Positions 42,501-51,693 of a stretch of 64,000 nt of DNA are shown one piece after another (the first letter of the stretch is position 1; every line of letters starts with the position of its first letter). The notes under the pieces were generated by a model. It was not told the DNA's origin. It was given only the letters and a program-made list of their open reading frames with translations, and searched no databases. This DNA comes from Candidatus Latescibacterota bacterium. GTDB taxonomy: Bacteria; Latescibacterota; UBA2968; GCA-2709665. Where the stretch lies: assembly GCA_965203805.1 (NCBI GenBank), contig OZ241917.1, positions 736,001 through 800,000 on the forward strand. Direction: 5' to 3'. The position numbers were made by a program, and so were the translations under genes.

Positions 42501-43911
42501 GTTTCAGTTGCGTGCTCTGGCGCCAGGTGAGACGTCGGTACATGCCCGATTCGGGCGCGTCACGTCACAGGCCGTCGTCAGTGTCTTTTCTGAGAAGACG
42601 GACGAAAGCGGCGGTGCGGATTCCACTGCAAATCTTCCGCCAGTGATCCTCTCACGCCCCGATACGCTTGTCATCGCAGGCCTCAAGTATGCGTACCTGC
42701 CGGTCGCCGAGGATCCCGAGGGCGATTCCGTGGTCTTTTTTGCACCACGGAAACCGGCGTGGCTGCACTGGACGGGATCCCGATTGGACGGAACACCTGA
42801 AGATGCCGGTCTATGGCCGGTTGCCGTCAGGGCGACCGACGGTCGTGACACGACAGAACAGGCGTTCACCATCCAGGTTGTAAGACCCGGCGCCTCACGG
42901 GAAGGCCGACCGGACAGCATCGCCTACGTCGGTGTGACATGGCGGCTCTCTCTGGATCTCGGCGGCGGGATTCAGGTTCAGGCAGAAGGCGGACCCGTTC
43001 CCGAAGCTTCGGGCGAATCCCTGGTGTGGCGCCCCCAATCCGGCGACGAAGGCCGGCGTGAAATCACGGTTTCCATGAGTGGACACGGCTCCGCGAGCCT
43101 GGTCCTGACATTCCGGATCATGGTCCATCCACGGCCGCAGATCGAGGTCACGGAGATCCTTGTCGATCCGGTAGAGGATGTAAGCGGAGATGGAACCCTG
43201 GACCGTTTCGGCGATCAATTCATCGAATTGTTCAATCCCGTCGAGTTTGAGGTGGACCTGTCCGACTGGACGCTCGGTGATGACGACGGGGAGCCGTTTG
43301 AGTTCCCGAGGGGAACGGTATTGAATGGGGGTGAACGTTTGACCCTATTCGGGGGCGGGCTGCGGGAGGCCCGAGAGGGCCGGTTCAGCGCAGGCGGGCG
43401 AATCGGAAACGGGCTGGACGAAGCGGACCGGCTCCTGCTGATCGCGCCGGACGGACCGGATACGCTGGTCGAGACCCGCTATACCGGCGGTCTTATCGGC
43501 GCGTCTCTAGTTCCCGACCCGAAGAACCCCGGCGGTTGGCTGCCCCACAACCAGATTTCCAGCCTGTTGTTTTCACCGGGGCTTGCCACACCGGCAGCGG
43601 ATTCCGCTGCGGCCCACGCGGAAAACGCCGCCAATGGCGTTGAGTCTTTTCCGGCTCACCCGTTTCCAAACCCGTTCAATATTCACACGACCATCGGGTT
43701 TCGCAGCACCGGCGATCCGGCTGAATTGACGGTATACAACATTCTCGGACAACCCGTACGGCGGTTTCCGGTCGCAGACGGCGCGGGTTTTCAGCAACTG
43801 GTGTGGGACGGATGCGACGACCTGGGGCGACCTGTCGGAACGGGCGTATACCTCATTCGAATTCGAAACGGATTGCACGTCCGCACAATGCGAGTGTTGC
43901 TGGTAAAGTGA
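39520..43911 (+). CDS. Secreted multi-lamin-tail-domain protein with Ig-like domains and C-terminal FlgD/T9SS-like sorting domain
   Basis: Signal peptide; five I.EILADP...GDAN.DG....DEFVE..N...W.L.D...F.FP...LFGGG...IGNGL repeats; terminal PNPFN..T.I...VYNILGQ.VR...WDG.D..G..V..GVY. Confidence 0.85.
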   Translation: MKQVFFLIVVFQFLGQSALRAGIIATPDTLRFGPTRTGTSVMDSVVVVNRGQADLAFSSVDIDGTAFHLPDGLHYDEGVTLPPEQGIGVKVRFAPEDQADYSSTLTIGIGSGVLSITLEGEGVREVVVIQEVLADPPADADGDANRDGTRHSAQDEFVELLNIGFRTVELSGWQLTDAGTAPASRFTFPDNTELGPGERVVLFGGGSPTGFSGSVFADDGSIGGGLRNGGDSVFLIDPTAPDTIASAAYGSEGNKNQSLVRQPEGRGPFVLHSAFPGDGALFSPGRARSVTEPAEVAPGDTSAAPIGKDTGQAPVPSGSAGARVVIDEILADPAAGPPGDANRDGVRDGKADEFVEIWNVDSKPVTIGGWWLSDDDVGTNGRFYFPEGLVLEPGMRAVLFGGGNPRDLPGPVFVDDGSIGNGLTNKGDLVLLVDPVSDDTVAVARFQVAGDLNRSVVRFAEGVYVPHPDLPGGGGISPGLPHPRPAPPGGSERSLRPEFLDAPPSWCRVGALCRFAPRIRNLNGGFVHLETRAQGVVWDRFTGEIRWRPDKEGRFRFWQTAVSGSGAKTVRQFDVRVEPRPQIAIVEILADPPPGPAGDVNRDGTRDSQADEFVEIQNRGPAPVWITDWRLSDDDVSSRRQFRFPEFSRLHPGERAVLFGGGRPEGFEGQVFVDDGSIGNGLTNTADVILLIDPVLNDTLARATYNTEDDIDQSLVWDGDGWVPHRTPPGKGAYSPGLPSESGMVFAENDENRQTGGTDSDGAGPNAGDAGPDDPSGPAAVIISEILANPASGTGGDANADGERHGYRDEFVELWNPGPDTARLEGCRLGDDDTPWNRMFGFPAGTMLPPEGFLVLFGGGTLKNFTGAAFADDGRIGDGLSNSGDTVFFLSPDGEDTLDAVSFGSAPSGTSLVRHEDATLHRHDLLPYTGLISPGRAAPLLVAIRVVPDTIGMEPGSVRTVAANGLFDSEDLVDVTDELTWIVEDSTVARLESGFQLRALAPGETSVHARFGRVTSQAVVSVFSEKTDESGGADSTANLPPVILSRPDTLVIAGLKYAYLPVAEDPEGDSVVFFAPRKPAWLHWTGSRLDGTPEDAGLWPVAVRATDGRDTTEQAFTIQVVRPGASREGRPDSIAYVGVTWRLSLDLGGGIQVQAEGGPVPEASGESLVWRPQSGDEGRREITVSMSGHGSASLVLTFRIMVHPRPQIEVTEILVDPVEDVSGDGTLDRFGDQFIELFNPVEFEVDLSDWTLGDDDGEPFEFPRGTVLNGGERLTLFGGGLREAREGRFSAGGRIGNGLDEADRLLLIAPDGPDTLVETRYTGGLIGASLVPDPKNPGGWLPHNQISSLLFSPGLATPAADSAAAHAENAANGVESFPAHPFPNPFNIHTTIGFRSTGDPAELTVYNILGQPVRRFPVADGAGFQQLVWDGCDDLGRPVGTGVYLIRIRNGLHVRTMRVLLVK

Positions 43912-44099
43912 CCGGGGGTAACATCGATGCGCAACCGCGTCAGTACAAGAAAAACACCGCTATTGTGGACGTTGTGTACGCCGCTGGCGGTTGCGACAGG
44001 CCGCCGCCTTGCCGACGATGAGAACAGGCGGAGTACTTTGCCGGCATATGCTCGACAGCAACAAGCACGAAAAACCATCGCGGAAAGGGGGTGGATTTC

Positions 44100-44360
44100 A
44101 TGGCGCAGCCCGAGATTACGTTCAGGCATGGTTCCTGCAGCGCTTCGATATTTGAGAACGAATACAACCGCGGCAAGGAGAGCTTCAACGTCCGAACGGT
44201 TTCGTTTCAGAGGAGCTACCGGGACAAGCAAGGCGAGTGGCAGCGTTCCAGCAGCCTGCGGGTGAACGACATACCGAAAGCGATTCTGGTACTCAACAAA
44301 GCCTATGAGTACCTGACGTCCAACGGTCAGGCCGAAGTCGAGGAAGAAGCTGCAAGCTGA
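44100..44360 (+). CDS. Small hypothetical protein, possible PC4/SpoVG-like nucleic-acid-binding fold
   Basis: GGGGGTG RBS; ASIFEN...TVSFQRSYRDKQGEWQRSSSLRVNDIPKA; acidic tail; own terminator. Confidence 0.7.
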   Translation: MAQPEITFRHGSCSASIFENEYNRGKESFNVRTVSFQRSYRDKQGEWQRSSSLRVNDIPKAILVLNKAYEYLTSNGQAEVEEEAAS

Positions 44361-44383
44361 AGCAGGATATACCGTAGGTTGCG

Positions 44384-44424
44384 AAGAGGGATAACCGGTT
44401 CCATTTCCCGGTTATCCCTCTTTT
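44384..44424 (+). terminator. Rho-independent terminator
   Basis: 15-bp perfect stem AAGAGGGATAACCGG / CCGGTTATCCCTCTT ending in a T run. Confidence 0.8.
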
Positions 44425-44700
44425 GCATAATTTAGCCTTAATGCGACAAATTCAGCAACTCGGCGTCGCGACAACACCTTTCGAATTGGGCCGAAAAGGT
44501 CGTCCGGAAGGGCATTTTTTCCGTTCACGTCCAGTGACCTGAAGGATCATAGAAATCAGCAGTTAAATCGCCTTTATCCGCTTGCATATACTCGAATTAA
44601 CGTCCCCGAAAAATGACGGATCAAGATCAGGTTCTATTGTTGTTTCCAAGACGATTTGTTCGTATCTTCGGTGGAACGTGAATAGGAAGGGCTAACGAGC

Positions 44701-45636
44701 ATGTGGAGCGTTCTCATGGAAGACGAGCAGATCAATGTTGAGAAATCTCTGCGTCGGCTGACCGGCGAAATGCAGAATTTCCAGGACATCGTCAAGCATA
44801 TCAAGCCGCCTTCGGGTGAAATCCCGGAATTGGACGGAATCGATATTTTCGGGGAAACCATTCCGCTGTACGACCAGATCGGCGGGGACCACATTATATA
44901 TATCGACTTTAAGAAACGTTACGATCTGGAGGCGCGAGTCAGGCAGGCTGAGAACGAGGGCCGCAACTGTGTAGCCGCAAACCTGAGAAGATGCCAAAGG
45001 ATGGCCGGGATTGCGCTTGTGGATGTGTCGGGTCACCAGATCACCGATGCGATGCTGGCAGGCATGCTGCACGGCGCATTCCTGCTAGGCGCGATATATG
45101 AATTGGACCAGTTTGGAATTATAACCGAGAGACTCTTCGAGAACCTGAACACCAGGATCTACAATTCTTCCAGCGTGAGCAAGTTCCTGACGATGATCTA
45201 CGGGGAAATCAGCGAAGACGAGACGTTCAAGTTCCTTTCTGCCGCACACCCGATGCCGATTGTCTTTTCCAATGCCCAGAATCGGATTATGGACATCAGT
45301 GAAGACCTGTTTGTGAATTTTCCTCCGATAGGAACGTTGCCATCGAAAGAGGATATCGACCGGGACGCGGTCCAGAGTGTTCTCGGCTTCAAGGAGAAAT
45401 ACGAGATTAATGAATGGACGCTGAAGGGTTCCGGAGACATCCTTTTGTTGTATACCGATGGATTGACGGACCACCGCCGGGGAGACGAAGAGTACTTCCC
45501 CATTGGCCTCGAAACCGTACTCCGCAGGGAAAAAGAGCGCTCGGCGCGCGGAATTTTCGATGCCATCAAGAAGGACCTGCTCGACTTTGCCCAACCCGTA
45601 GACGATATCAGTCTTGTTGTAATAAAGAGGACATAG
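44701..45636 (+). CDS. PP2C/SpoIIE-type Ser/Thr phosphatase (stand-alone)
   Basis: IGGDH, LVDVSGH, FLTMIYG, SAAHP, LYTDGL, DDISLVVIK. Confidence 0.85.
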   Translation: MWSVLMEDEQINVEKSLRRLTGEMQNFQDIVKHIKPPSGEIPELDGIDIFGETIPLYDQIGGDHIIYIDFKKRYDLEARVRQAENEGRNCVAANLRRCQRMAGIALVDVSGHQITDAMLAGMLHGAFLLGAIYELDQFGIITERLFENLNTRIYNSSSVSKFLTMIYGEISEDETFKFLSAAHPMPIVFSNAQNRIMDISEDLFVNFPPIGTLPSKEDIDRDAVQSVLGFKEKYEINEWTLKGSGDILLLYTDGLTDHRRGDEEYFPIGLETVLRREKERSARGIFDAIKKDLLDFAQPVDDISLVVIKRT

Positions 45637-45712
45637 CAGTATCCCTCCGGCCGCGGGCGTCGAAGAGCCGGACCGGATCCGAATCGGACGGAATACCGCA
45701 GGAGGCAATGCC

Positions 45713-47122
45713 ATGAAGATGTTTGTCAATTCCCGCTGGACGGACAAGAGTGAGAAGATCGAAGTGCTGAATCCGTACGATGGCTCTGTGATCGACACGG
45801 TACCACGGGCCGATGGCGCCGACGTACAGGCCGCCCTCGCGACGGCGGTCAGGGGCGCCGAAATCATGGGGGCGATGCCGGCACACGAGCGATACCGCAT
45901 TCTTCACCGCGCCGCGGAGTTGATGGCTGACCGTCAGGATGATTTCGGGTGGACCATCTCCGCCGAAGAGGGAAAGATCATATCCGAGGGGCGCGGGGAA
46001 GCCGCACGGGCGGTCGATACGATGACGCTATCGGCGGAAGAAGCGAAACGGCTTTACGGAGAGACGATTCCGCTGGACGGCGCGACCGGCGCGGAGGGCA
46101 AGTTCGGGTTTACCGTAAGGGTTCCCTGCGGCGTTGTCGTTGCCATTACGCCTTTTAATTTTCCGTTGAATCTGGTCTGCCACAAGGTTGGCCCGGCGCT
46201 GGCGGCTGGAAATTCCGTGATCGTAAAGCCGGCCACCGACACGCCTCTTTCTGCCATGAAACTCGTGGAGGCGCTTCTGGATGCGGGCGCACCGGCCGAA
46301 GCCGTGCAGTGTATCACCGGACCCGGGGGCGAAATCGGAGACATCCTGTCGTCTGATTCCAGAGTACGTAAGATCTCCTTCACGGGCAGCAGAGACGTCG
46401 GCGAACGAATCTGCAAAGCGGCGGGGTTGAAGAAGGTGACGATGGAACTGGGGTCCAATTCGCCGCTGATTGTAATGCCGGACGCCGATCTGGAAAAGGT
46501 GGCTGAAGCGACAGCCGCGACCGGATTTGCAAATGCCGGGCAGGTCTGCATTTCAGCGCAGCGGGTAATGGTAAACAAGGCGGTCTATGAGGACTTCATC
46601 GAGGTACTCCTGCCGCGAGTGGAGGCCATGACAACGGGCGACCAACTGGATGAATCCGTATCCATGGGGCCGATGATTCGAGAGATCGATGCGGAGCGGG
46701 TAAGCGACTGGATACACGAGGCGAGCGAAGGCGGAGCAAGGGTAATCGCGGGCGGTGACCGGAACGGTACATTACACGCACCCACAGTGGTCGCGGACGT
46801 CGATCCCAGGATGCGGATTTCCTGCGACGAACTCTTCGGTCCGGCCGTCGGACTGACTCGATTCGAGACCATCGATGAGGCCATCGCCTCGGCAAACGAC
46901 AGCAATTACGGATTGTCGGCCGCCCTGTTCACTGAGAATCTGGACCACGCGATGCAGTTCGTCAACAAGGTGGAGTCAGGCAATATTATGGTGAATTGGG
47001 GCCCTCAATGGCGGGCTGACCTGATGCCTTACGGAGGACTCAAGGAAAGCGGGATGGGCAAGGAAGGGCCCAAGTACGCCGTGGAGGAAATGACAGAGCT
47101 GAAGATGGTGGTTTTTCATTAA
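45713..47122 (+). CDS. NAD(P)-dependent aldehyde dehydrogenase
   Basis: ITPFNFP, KPA, SFTGS, MELGSN, AGQVCIS, ELFGP, PYGG.K.SG.GKEG. Confidence 0.95.
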   Translation: MKMFVNSRWTDKSEKIEVLNPYDGSVIDTVPRADGADVQAALATAVRGAEIMGAMPAHERYRILHRAAELMADRQDDFGWTISAEEGKIISEGRGEAARAVDTMTLSAEEAKRLYGETIPLDGATGAEGKFGFTVRVPCGVVVAITPFNFPLNLVCHKVGPALAAGNSVIVKPATDTPLSAMKLVEALLDAGAPAEAVQCITGPGGEIGDILSSDSRVRKISFTGSRDVGERICKAAGLKKVTMELGSNSPLIVMPDADLEKVAEATAATGFANAGQVCISAQRVMVNKAVYEDFIEVLLPRVEAMTTGDQLDESVSMGPMIREIDAERVSDWIHEASEGGARVIAGGDRNGTLHAPTVVADVDPRMRISCDELFGPAVGLTRFETIDEAIASANDSNYGLSAALFTENLDHAMQFVNKVESGNIMVNWGPQWRADLMPYGGLKESGMGKEGPKYAVEEMTELKMVVFH

Positions 47123-47397
47123 TCGCGGGGGCGTGAACCAGCCGACTGCAGGACGGTGGTGCGGGTCGCTTAAAGAGGTGCGCGACGCCTGCATGACCGC
47201 GTGTGAAGTGCGCGAATTTGTGAAATCCAGCCCGTTTTCGGGCATTAAAAAAAGCGGGGTGCCCTGGTTGGCGCTCCGCTTTCTGCGTTTGCATTGGATC
47301 TATCTGGACGTGCGGCCGGCTGTTTTTTTGACGATTGAACCCCGATGTGACGGGTTGCCTGCCGAACCGGCCGGAAATTTCGTAAGATCAACAGGCG

Positions 47398-47712
47398 TCA
47401 GGAACCCTGACGTTCGGTTGGATCAAGGGGCCGGTGGAGCGCTTTTTTGATGAGCACGCCGGCCTTGAAATAGCTCTTCTTCCGTGCGGGCACATACACG
47501 ATTTCACCTGTCCGGGGGTTGCGCGCCGCAGGTTTGGGCTTGGTATTCTTTACGCCAAGAACGCCAAACCCGCGAATTTCGATGCGATCTCCTGAAATGA
47601 GGCTCTCGCGCATAGCCTTGAAGAGCGTGTCTACAACCTCGTAGGCGAGTTGTTTCCTCACGCCCAGGCGTTCGGAAATCTCGAGCGCCAGATCTTTCTT
47701 GGTTGTCGTCAT
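47398..47712 (-). CDS. HU/IHF family DNA-binding protein
   Basis: TKKDL, IEIRGFG, ARNPRTGE, FKAG; GGAG RBS. Confidence 0.93.
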   Translation of the reverse strand: MTTTKKDLALEISERLGVRKQLAYEVVDTLFKAMRESLISGDRIEIRGFGVLGVKNTKPKPAARNPRTGEIVYVPARKKSYFKAGVLIKKALHRPLDPTERQGS

Positions 47713-48091
47713 TTTCTCCTCCCGATTGGCCTGCTCGATTGAGCCGAATCGTAATATAGAACCAAAGTGTCGATTGTTGCAAGAAAAAAATTTACTAGAA
47801 GTTACACGGATTTCCACCACACCGGAACCCGCCTGCACGATTTGGACTCCCTTATAATTGGTTGTTTTTAATAAACTTACATGGGAATTAATATATCTTA
47901 TTGAAATTTAATCACTTACACGAATTATTTCTCTTTTGGATTTTTCTTCGAACGCGCCAACAGGACGCGGGGGAGGCGTGTGGACCCTGAACAACGTGGC
48001 GAACTTCGGACGGAAATGCCCGCAATCGCCGATGCCCGGGCTGGGCATCGTTAACGAGCTTTCGCACGAGGGCCGGAGTATTTGCCGGAAC

Positions 48092-49306
48092 TCAGCCGAT
48101 TCGCTGTTCGCGCAAGGCTTCCAGCAGGCAGTCGACGTGGTCGAATCCGTTGATGATGTGGGTAGACACCCGGATCCAGTGGGCCCCGTCTATCCTTTCC
48201 ACCGGCACGGTGATCCGAAATCTATCGTAAAGGTCGAGGCTCTCGAAGCCCGCAACGTGGAATGCAGAGATTAAACCCGACATGCCGGCGCCGGACGGTG
48301 TGAGCAGTCTTGCCCATCCGGTTGCCGCCATGCCTTCCCGAAGATAGGCCGCCAACGCCCTGCCTCTATTCAGAATACGATACTTGCCAACCTGTTCCTG
48401 GAAATCGACGGCTTCAGCTACGGCGGCGAATACGGCCTGATCCCGGGTGCCCCAGTTCTCAAGCCCCCACATATACGGACGGTCGCCCAGTCTCAACACG
48501 CCGTCCGCATCGCGTCTTGGGCCCTCTCGGTTGTATCCCCAGCTTACGATGACGTGATCCAGATGCTCTTGCGCGAGCGGAGACGCGTAGAGGAACCCCG
48601 TACCCTTCGGCGCGCATAGCCACTTGTGACAGTTTCCGCCGTAAAAATCACAATCCATGGCATTCAGGTCCAGGGGGATCATGCCCGGGGCATGGGCGCC
48701 GTCGACTGCAATCATCGCACCTCTCTGGCGGGCAAGGCGCGCCAGCGCGCCAATTGGCGCGATCAGGCCGGTGCGGGTGAAAATGTGACTGCAGAGGACC
48801 AGCCGTGTGCGGCCGGTAAACCCCTCTTCAAAGGCATCCACGATATCGTCGGGATTGTTCGTCGTCAGCGGAATCCTGGCGCGCTTCACGACAACCCCGC
48901 GTCGTCGTTCCACATGGTGGAGGCAGTGATCGATTGCACCATATTCCTTGTCAGAGGCGAGGATTTCATCTCCGCGGCGCCAATTCAGACCATTGATCAC
49001 CATATTGATCGCGACTGTAACGTTGCAGGTAAACGCGATGTTCTCCGGCGGCGCGTTGATAAAGCCACCCAGCCGGCGGCGACCTTCGTCCACGGCACCC
49101 GCGTGTTTTGCACGATTTCGGATCGGGCTGCGTTCAACGTCCTCGAGAATCGCGGTCATTTGCTCGAAGACCCGCCTGGGCTGAACGCCAACGGATCCGG
49201 TGTTGAGATAGATCTCGTCGGCGCCGATCATAAACGATTTGCGAATCTTTCGCCAATAGGCTTCCTCGGCCGTGGAAGTGGGCCAGGCCGCGTCAGGAGA
49301 GTGCAC
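48092..49306 (-). CDS. Class V PLP enzyme (isopenicillin-N epimerase / cysteine lyase-like)
   Basis: YLNTGS.G, EY, VDGAHAPG, NCHKWLCAPKGTG, GTRD, IRVSTH; GGAGGT RBS before GTG. Confidence 0.85.
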   Translation of the reverse strand: MHSPDAAWPTSTAEEAYWRKIRKSFMIGADEIYLNTGSVGVQPRRVFEQMTAILEDVERSPIRNRAKHAGAVDEGRRRLGGFINAPPENIAFTCNVTVAINMVINGLNWRRGDEILASDKEYGAIDHCLHHVERRRGVVVKRARIPLTTNNPDDIVDAFEEGFTGRTRLVLCSHIFTRTGLIAPIGALARLARQRGAMIAVDGAHAPGMIPLDLNAMDCDFYGGNCHKWLCAPKGTGFLYASPLAQEHLDHVIVSWGYNREGPRRDADGVLRLGDRPYMWGLENWGTRDQAVFAAVAEAVDFQEQVGKYRILNRGRALAAYLREGMAATGWARLLTPSGAGMSGLISAFHVAGFESLDLYDRFRITVPVERIDGAHWIRVSTHIINGFDHVDCLLEALREQRIG

Positions 49307-49682
49307 CGGTACCTCCCGGTCTGAAAGCGTACAACGGTTTGAGCCAGCGACAGCTGTGGCCCGGGAAAGGACGGACTGCGGGTTGCCGCACAATTGTAAA
49401 TTCCAGACCGTCTGCAATCAAGTCCTTTGTGCGCGAAACCGGGATCGTTCCCGGGAATGCCGGGCGCATCGCCGGGGTCCGCTGCCGTGTCGTTCTCCTT
49501 GCGGAAACCTGGACGACTGAACACGTTCGGCGAGACCTGCAGGTGTTTCGGGTGCGGCGCGGGCCGGAATCCTTCACGAGGTCGCAACCCGGCCGATCGG
49601 GGACTTTCGATCGGCGAGGCGCGTCGGGGTCCGGCGTGATTGTCCCGGCGACACCACGAGGTTCGGTCTGCTGTAACCTACC

Positions 49683-49711
49683 TTGACAGCGTAATTTATC
49701 TTGTCTATATT
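49683..49711 (+). promoter_or_regulatory. Sigma-70-like promoter for the formate dehydrogenase operon
   Basis: TTGACA-17 nt-TATATT, about 280 nt upstream of the first CDS. Confidence 0.65.
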
Positions 49712-49991
49712 ATCTTGAGCAATCGCCGGCGGCTGCCGTTTGCAAGGCGTTTGACTGCGGTTTTCGCTGGTGCACGCAAGACGGGCAATCGATGTCTTCA
49801 TTATCCGTCGATCGCTTCAGGAATCATTCCGTATCGTTGCACTTGTTTCTGTTTGGATTCGGTGAACTGAAGCGCGGCCGGTCGACGATCTGAAATCGTC
49901 TTTCTGGTTCCGGCCGATTCCCGGCGAAAGCAGCCTGGTCGATCCGGATTCAGGCGGGTGGTTTGCCAACAGGCATCGATGGGAGCGTACA

Positions 49992-51653
49992 ATGGGGGGC
50001 CTTCGAGACGACGAGCTGGTTCGACGCTGGAAAGACGAGCCGGCGCCCCTGCTGCCATTGTTGCACGCGTTCCACGACCGGGATGGATATGTCTCCGATG
50101 AGGCCATCCGATCCATATCCGCGGGCTTGAAAACACCACTGGCGGATCTGTTTGGAACCGTTACGTTCTACCATCACCTATCCCGCAAGCCCGGGGGCCT
50201 GGATGAATATCGGGTGTGCACCGGCCCGGTATGCGCGCTTCGGGGAGCGCGGGAGATGTGCGATGCCCTTAACGGGGTTCCAATGGCATGCCCGGGCAGG
50301 TGCGATCAACCGGTACCCGTAATTCAGAACCACCGCGTACTCGTGGGTTCGAATGCAGGGTGCCTGCGGGAGGTCCCGACGCCACTGCCGGAAGACAACC
50401 CGGGCGGCTTCGATGAATGCGTCTTTCGTCATATTCGCGCGTCGAGCCGCTCGGAACTCCAGGGGTATCGCGAAACCCGCGGATACGACGGTCTGGAAGA
50501 AGCCGTAACCAGGATGGCGCCATCGGAGGTCGTGGAACGGGTCAAGGAGAGCGGGCTGGCGGGGCGCGGAGGGGCAGGCTTCCCCACGGGCGCAAAATGG
50601 AAGGCGGTTGCGGACGCCGGCGGCGGTACGAAGACGGTTGTATGCAACGCCGACGAAGGGGAACCCGGCTGCTTCAAGGATCGTGCCCTGATGGACTATG
50701 ATCCCCACTCAGTGCTGGAGGGAATGGCCATTGCCGCCTACGCAACCGGCGCCAAACGGGGGTTCATCTATCTTCGGTACGAGTACCCGCAGACGTTGAA
50801 CGTCCTGGAACGCGCCATCGGAGAAGCCGAGGCCGCCGGATTGCTTGGCAACGGCATTATGGGGACTGACTTCGACTTTCGGGTACATCTTCGGCGCGGG
50901 GGAGGGGCGTACGTGTGCGGAGAAGAGGGGTCGCTGCTCAACAGCCTGGAGGGCAAACACCCGTTCCCGAGAAACCGCCCGCCCTATCCCGTAACACACG
51001 GGTTCGAAGATATGCCCACGGCGGTAAACAACGTTGAAACGCTGGTTGCCGTACCTCAAATCCTCCGGAAAGGTGCGGATTGGTACCGGGCACTCGGACT
51101 GAACGGACATCCAGGCACCAAAATTATCAGTCTGTCGGGCGATATATCGAAGCCGGGGAATTACGAGGTCCCATTCGGCCTGCCGCTGAAGACCCTGCTG
51201 TACGATTGGGGTGGCGGCGCGCCCGGGGGTCGGAGCATCCAGGCGGTCACCATGGCCGGGCTGTCCGGAGGGTTCATCGCGGGTGAGGCACTGGAAGCCA
51301 CGCTGGATGAACCCGGCCTCCGCAGTTTCGGTTCTTTTCTGGGCGCCGGTGGCATCATCGTCTTTGACGCCAGCCGGAACATGGTCGAGGTTGCCCACGG
51401 CGCGATGGCCTTCTTTGCAGACGAGTCCTGCGGCAAGTGTTTTCCGTGCCGCATCGGGACTCGCCGGCTGTCCGAGAGGCTTAAGGGCGACGGCCCCCGG
51501 CATGCCGGGCCGTGGCGGGCGGAGGTCCATGATATCGGCCAGACCATGATGGCGACCAGCGCGTGCGGATTGGGCACGGCGGCGCCTCTGGTGACCGAAA
51601 GCCTCATGAAGTACTTTCCGAATCAGGTGGAGACGCACATCGCACGCCAGTAG
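49992..51653 (+). CDS. NAD-linked formate dehydrogenase diaphorase subunit (NuoE-NuoF fusion)
   Basis: TFYH..CTGPVC..CPGRCD (2Fe-2S), GRGGAGFPTG.KW, NADEGEPG, YVCGEE, ESCGKCFPCR..C. Confidence 0.9.
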   Translation: MGGLRDDELVRRWKDEPAPLLPLLHAFHDRDGYVSDEAIRSISAGLKTPLADLFGTVTFYHHLSRKPGGLDEYRVCTGPVCALRGAREMCDALNGVPMACPGRCDQPVPVIQNHRVLVGSNAGCLREVPTPLPEDNPGGFDECVFRHIRASSRSELQGYRETRGYDGLEEAVTRMAPSEVVERVKESGLAGRGGAGFPTGAKWKAVADAGGGTKTVVCNADEGEPGCFKDRALMDYDPHSVLEGMAIAAYATGAKRGFIYLRYEYPQTLNVLERAIGEAEAAGLLGNGIMGTDFDFRVHLRRGGGAYVCGEEGSLLNSLEGKHPFPRNRPPYPVTHGFEDMPTAVNNVETLVAVPQILRKGADWYRALGLNGHPGTKIISLSGDISKPGNYEVPFGLPLKTLLYDWGGGAPGGRSIQAVTMAGLSGGFIAGEALEATLDEPGLRSFGSFLGAGGIIVFDASRNMVEVAHGAMAFFADESCGKCFPCRIGTRRLSERLKGDGPRHAGPWRAEVHDIGQTMMATSACGLGTAAPLVTESLMKYFPNQVETHIARQ

Positions 51654-51693
51654 CTGGCGCGTATTAACCGTAACCGAATCCGGAAGGCGGGGA

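Noticed and set aside
39890-43570. CRISPR-like or nucleotide tandem array
   Set aside because: The repetition is at protein-domain level (lamin-tail repeats) with divergent DNA; there are no fixed repeats with spacers and no cas genes in the window.
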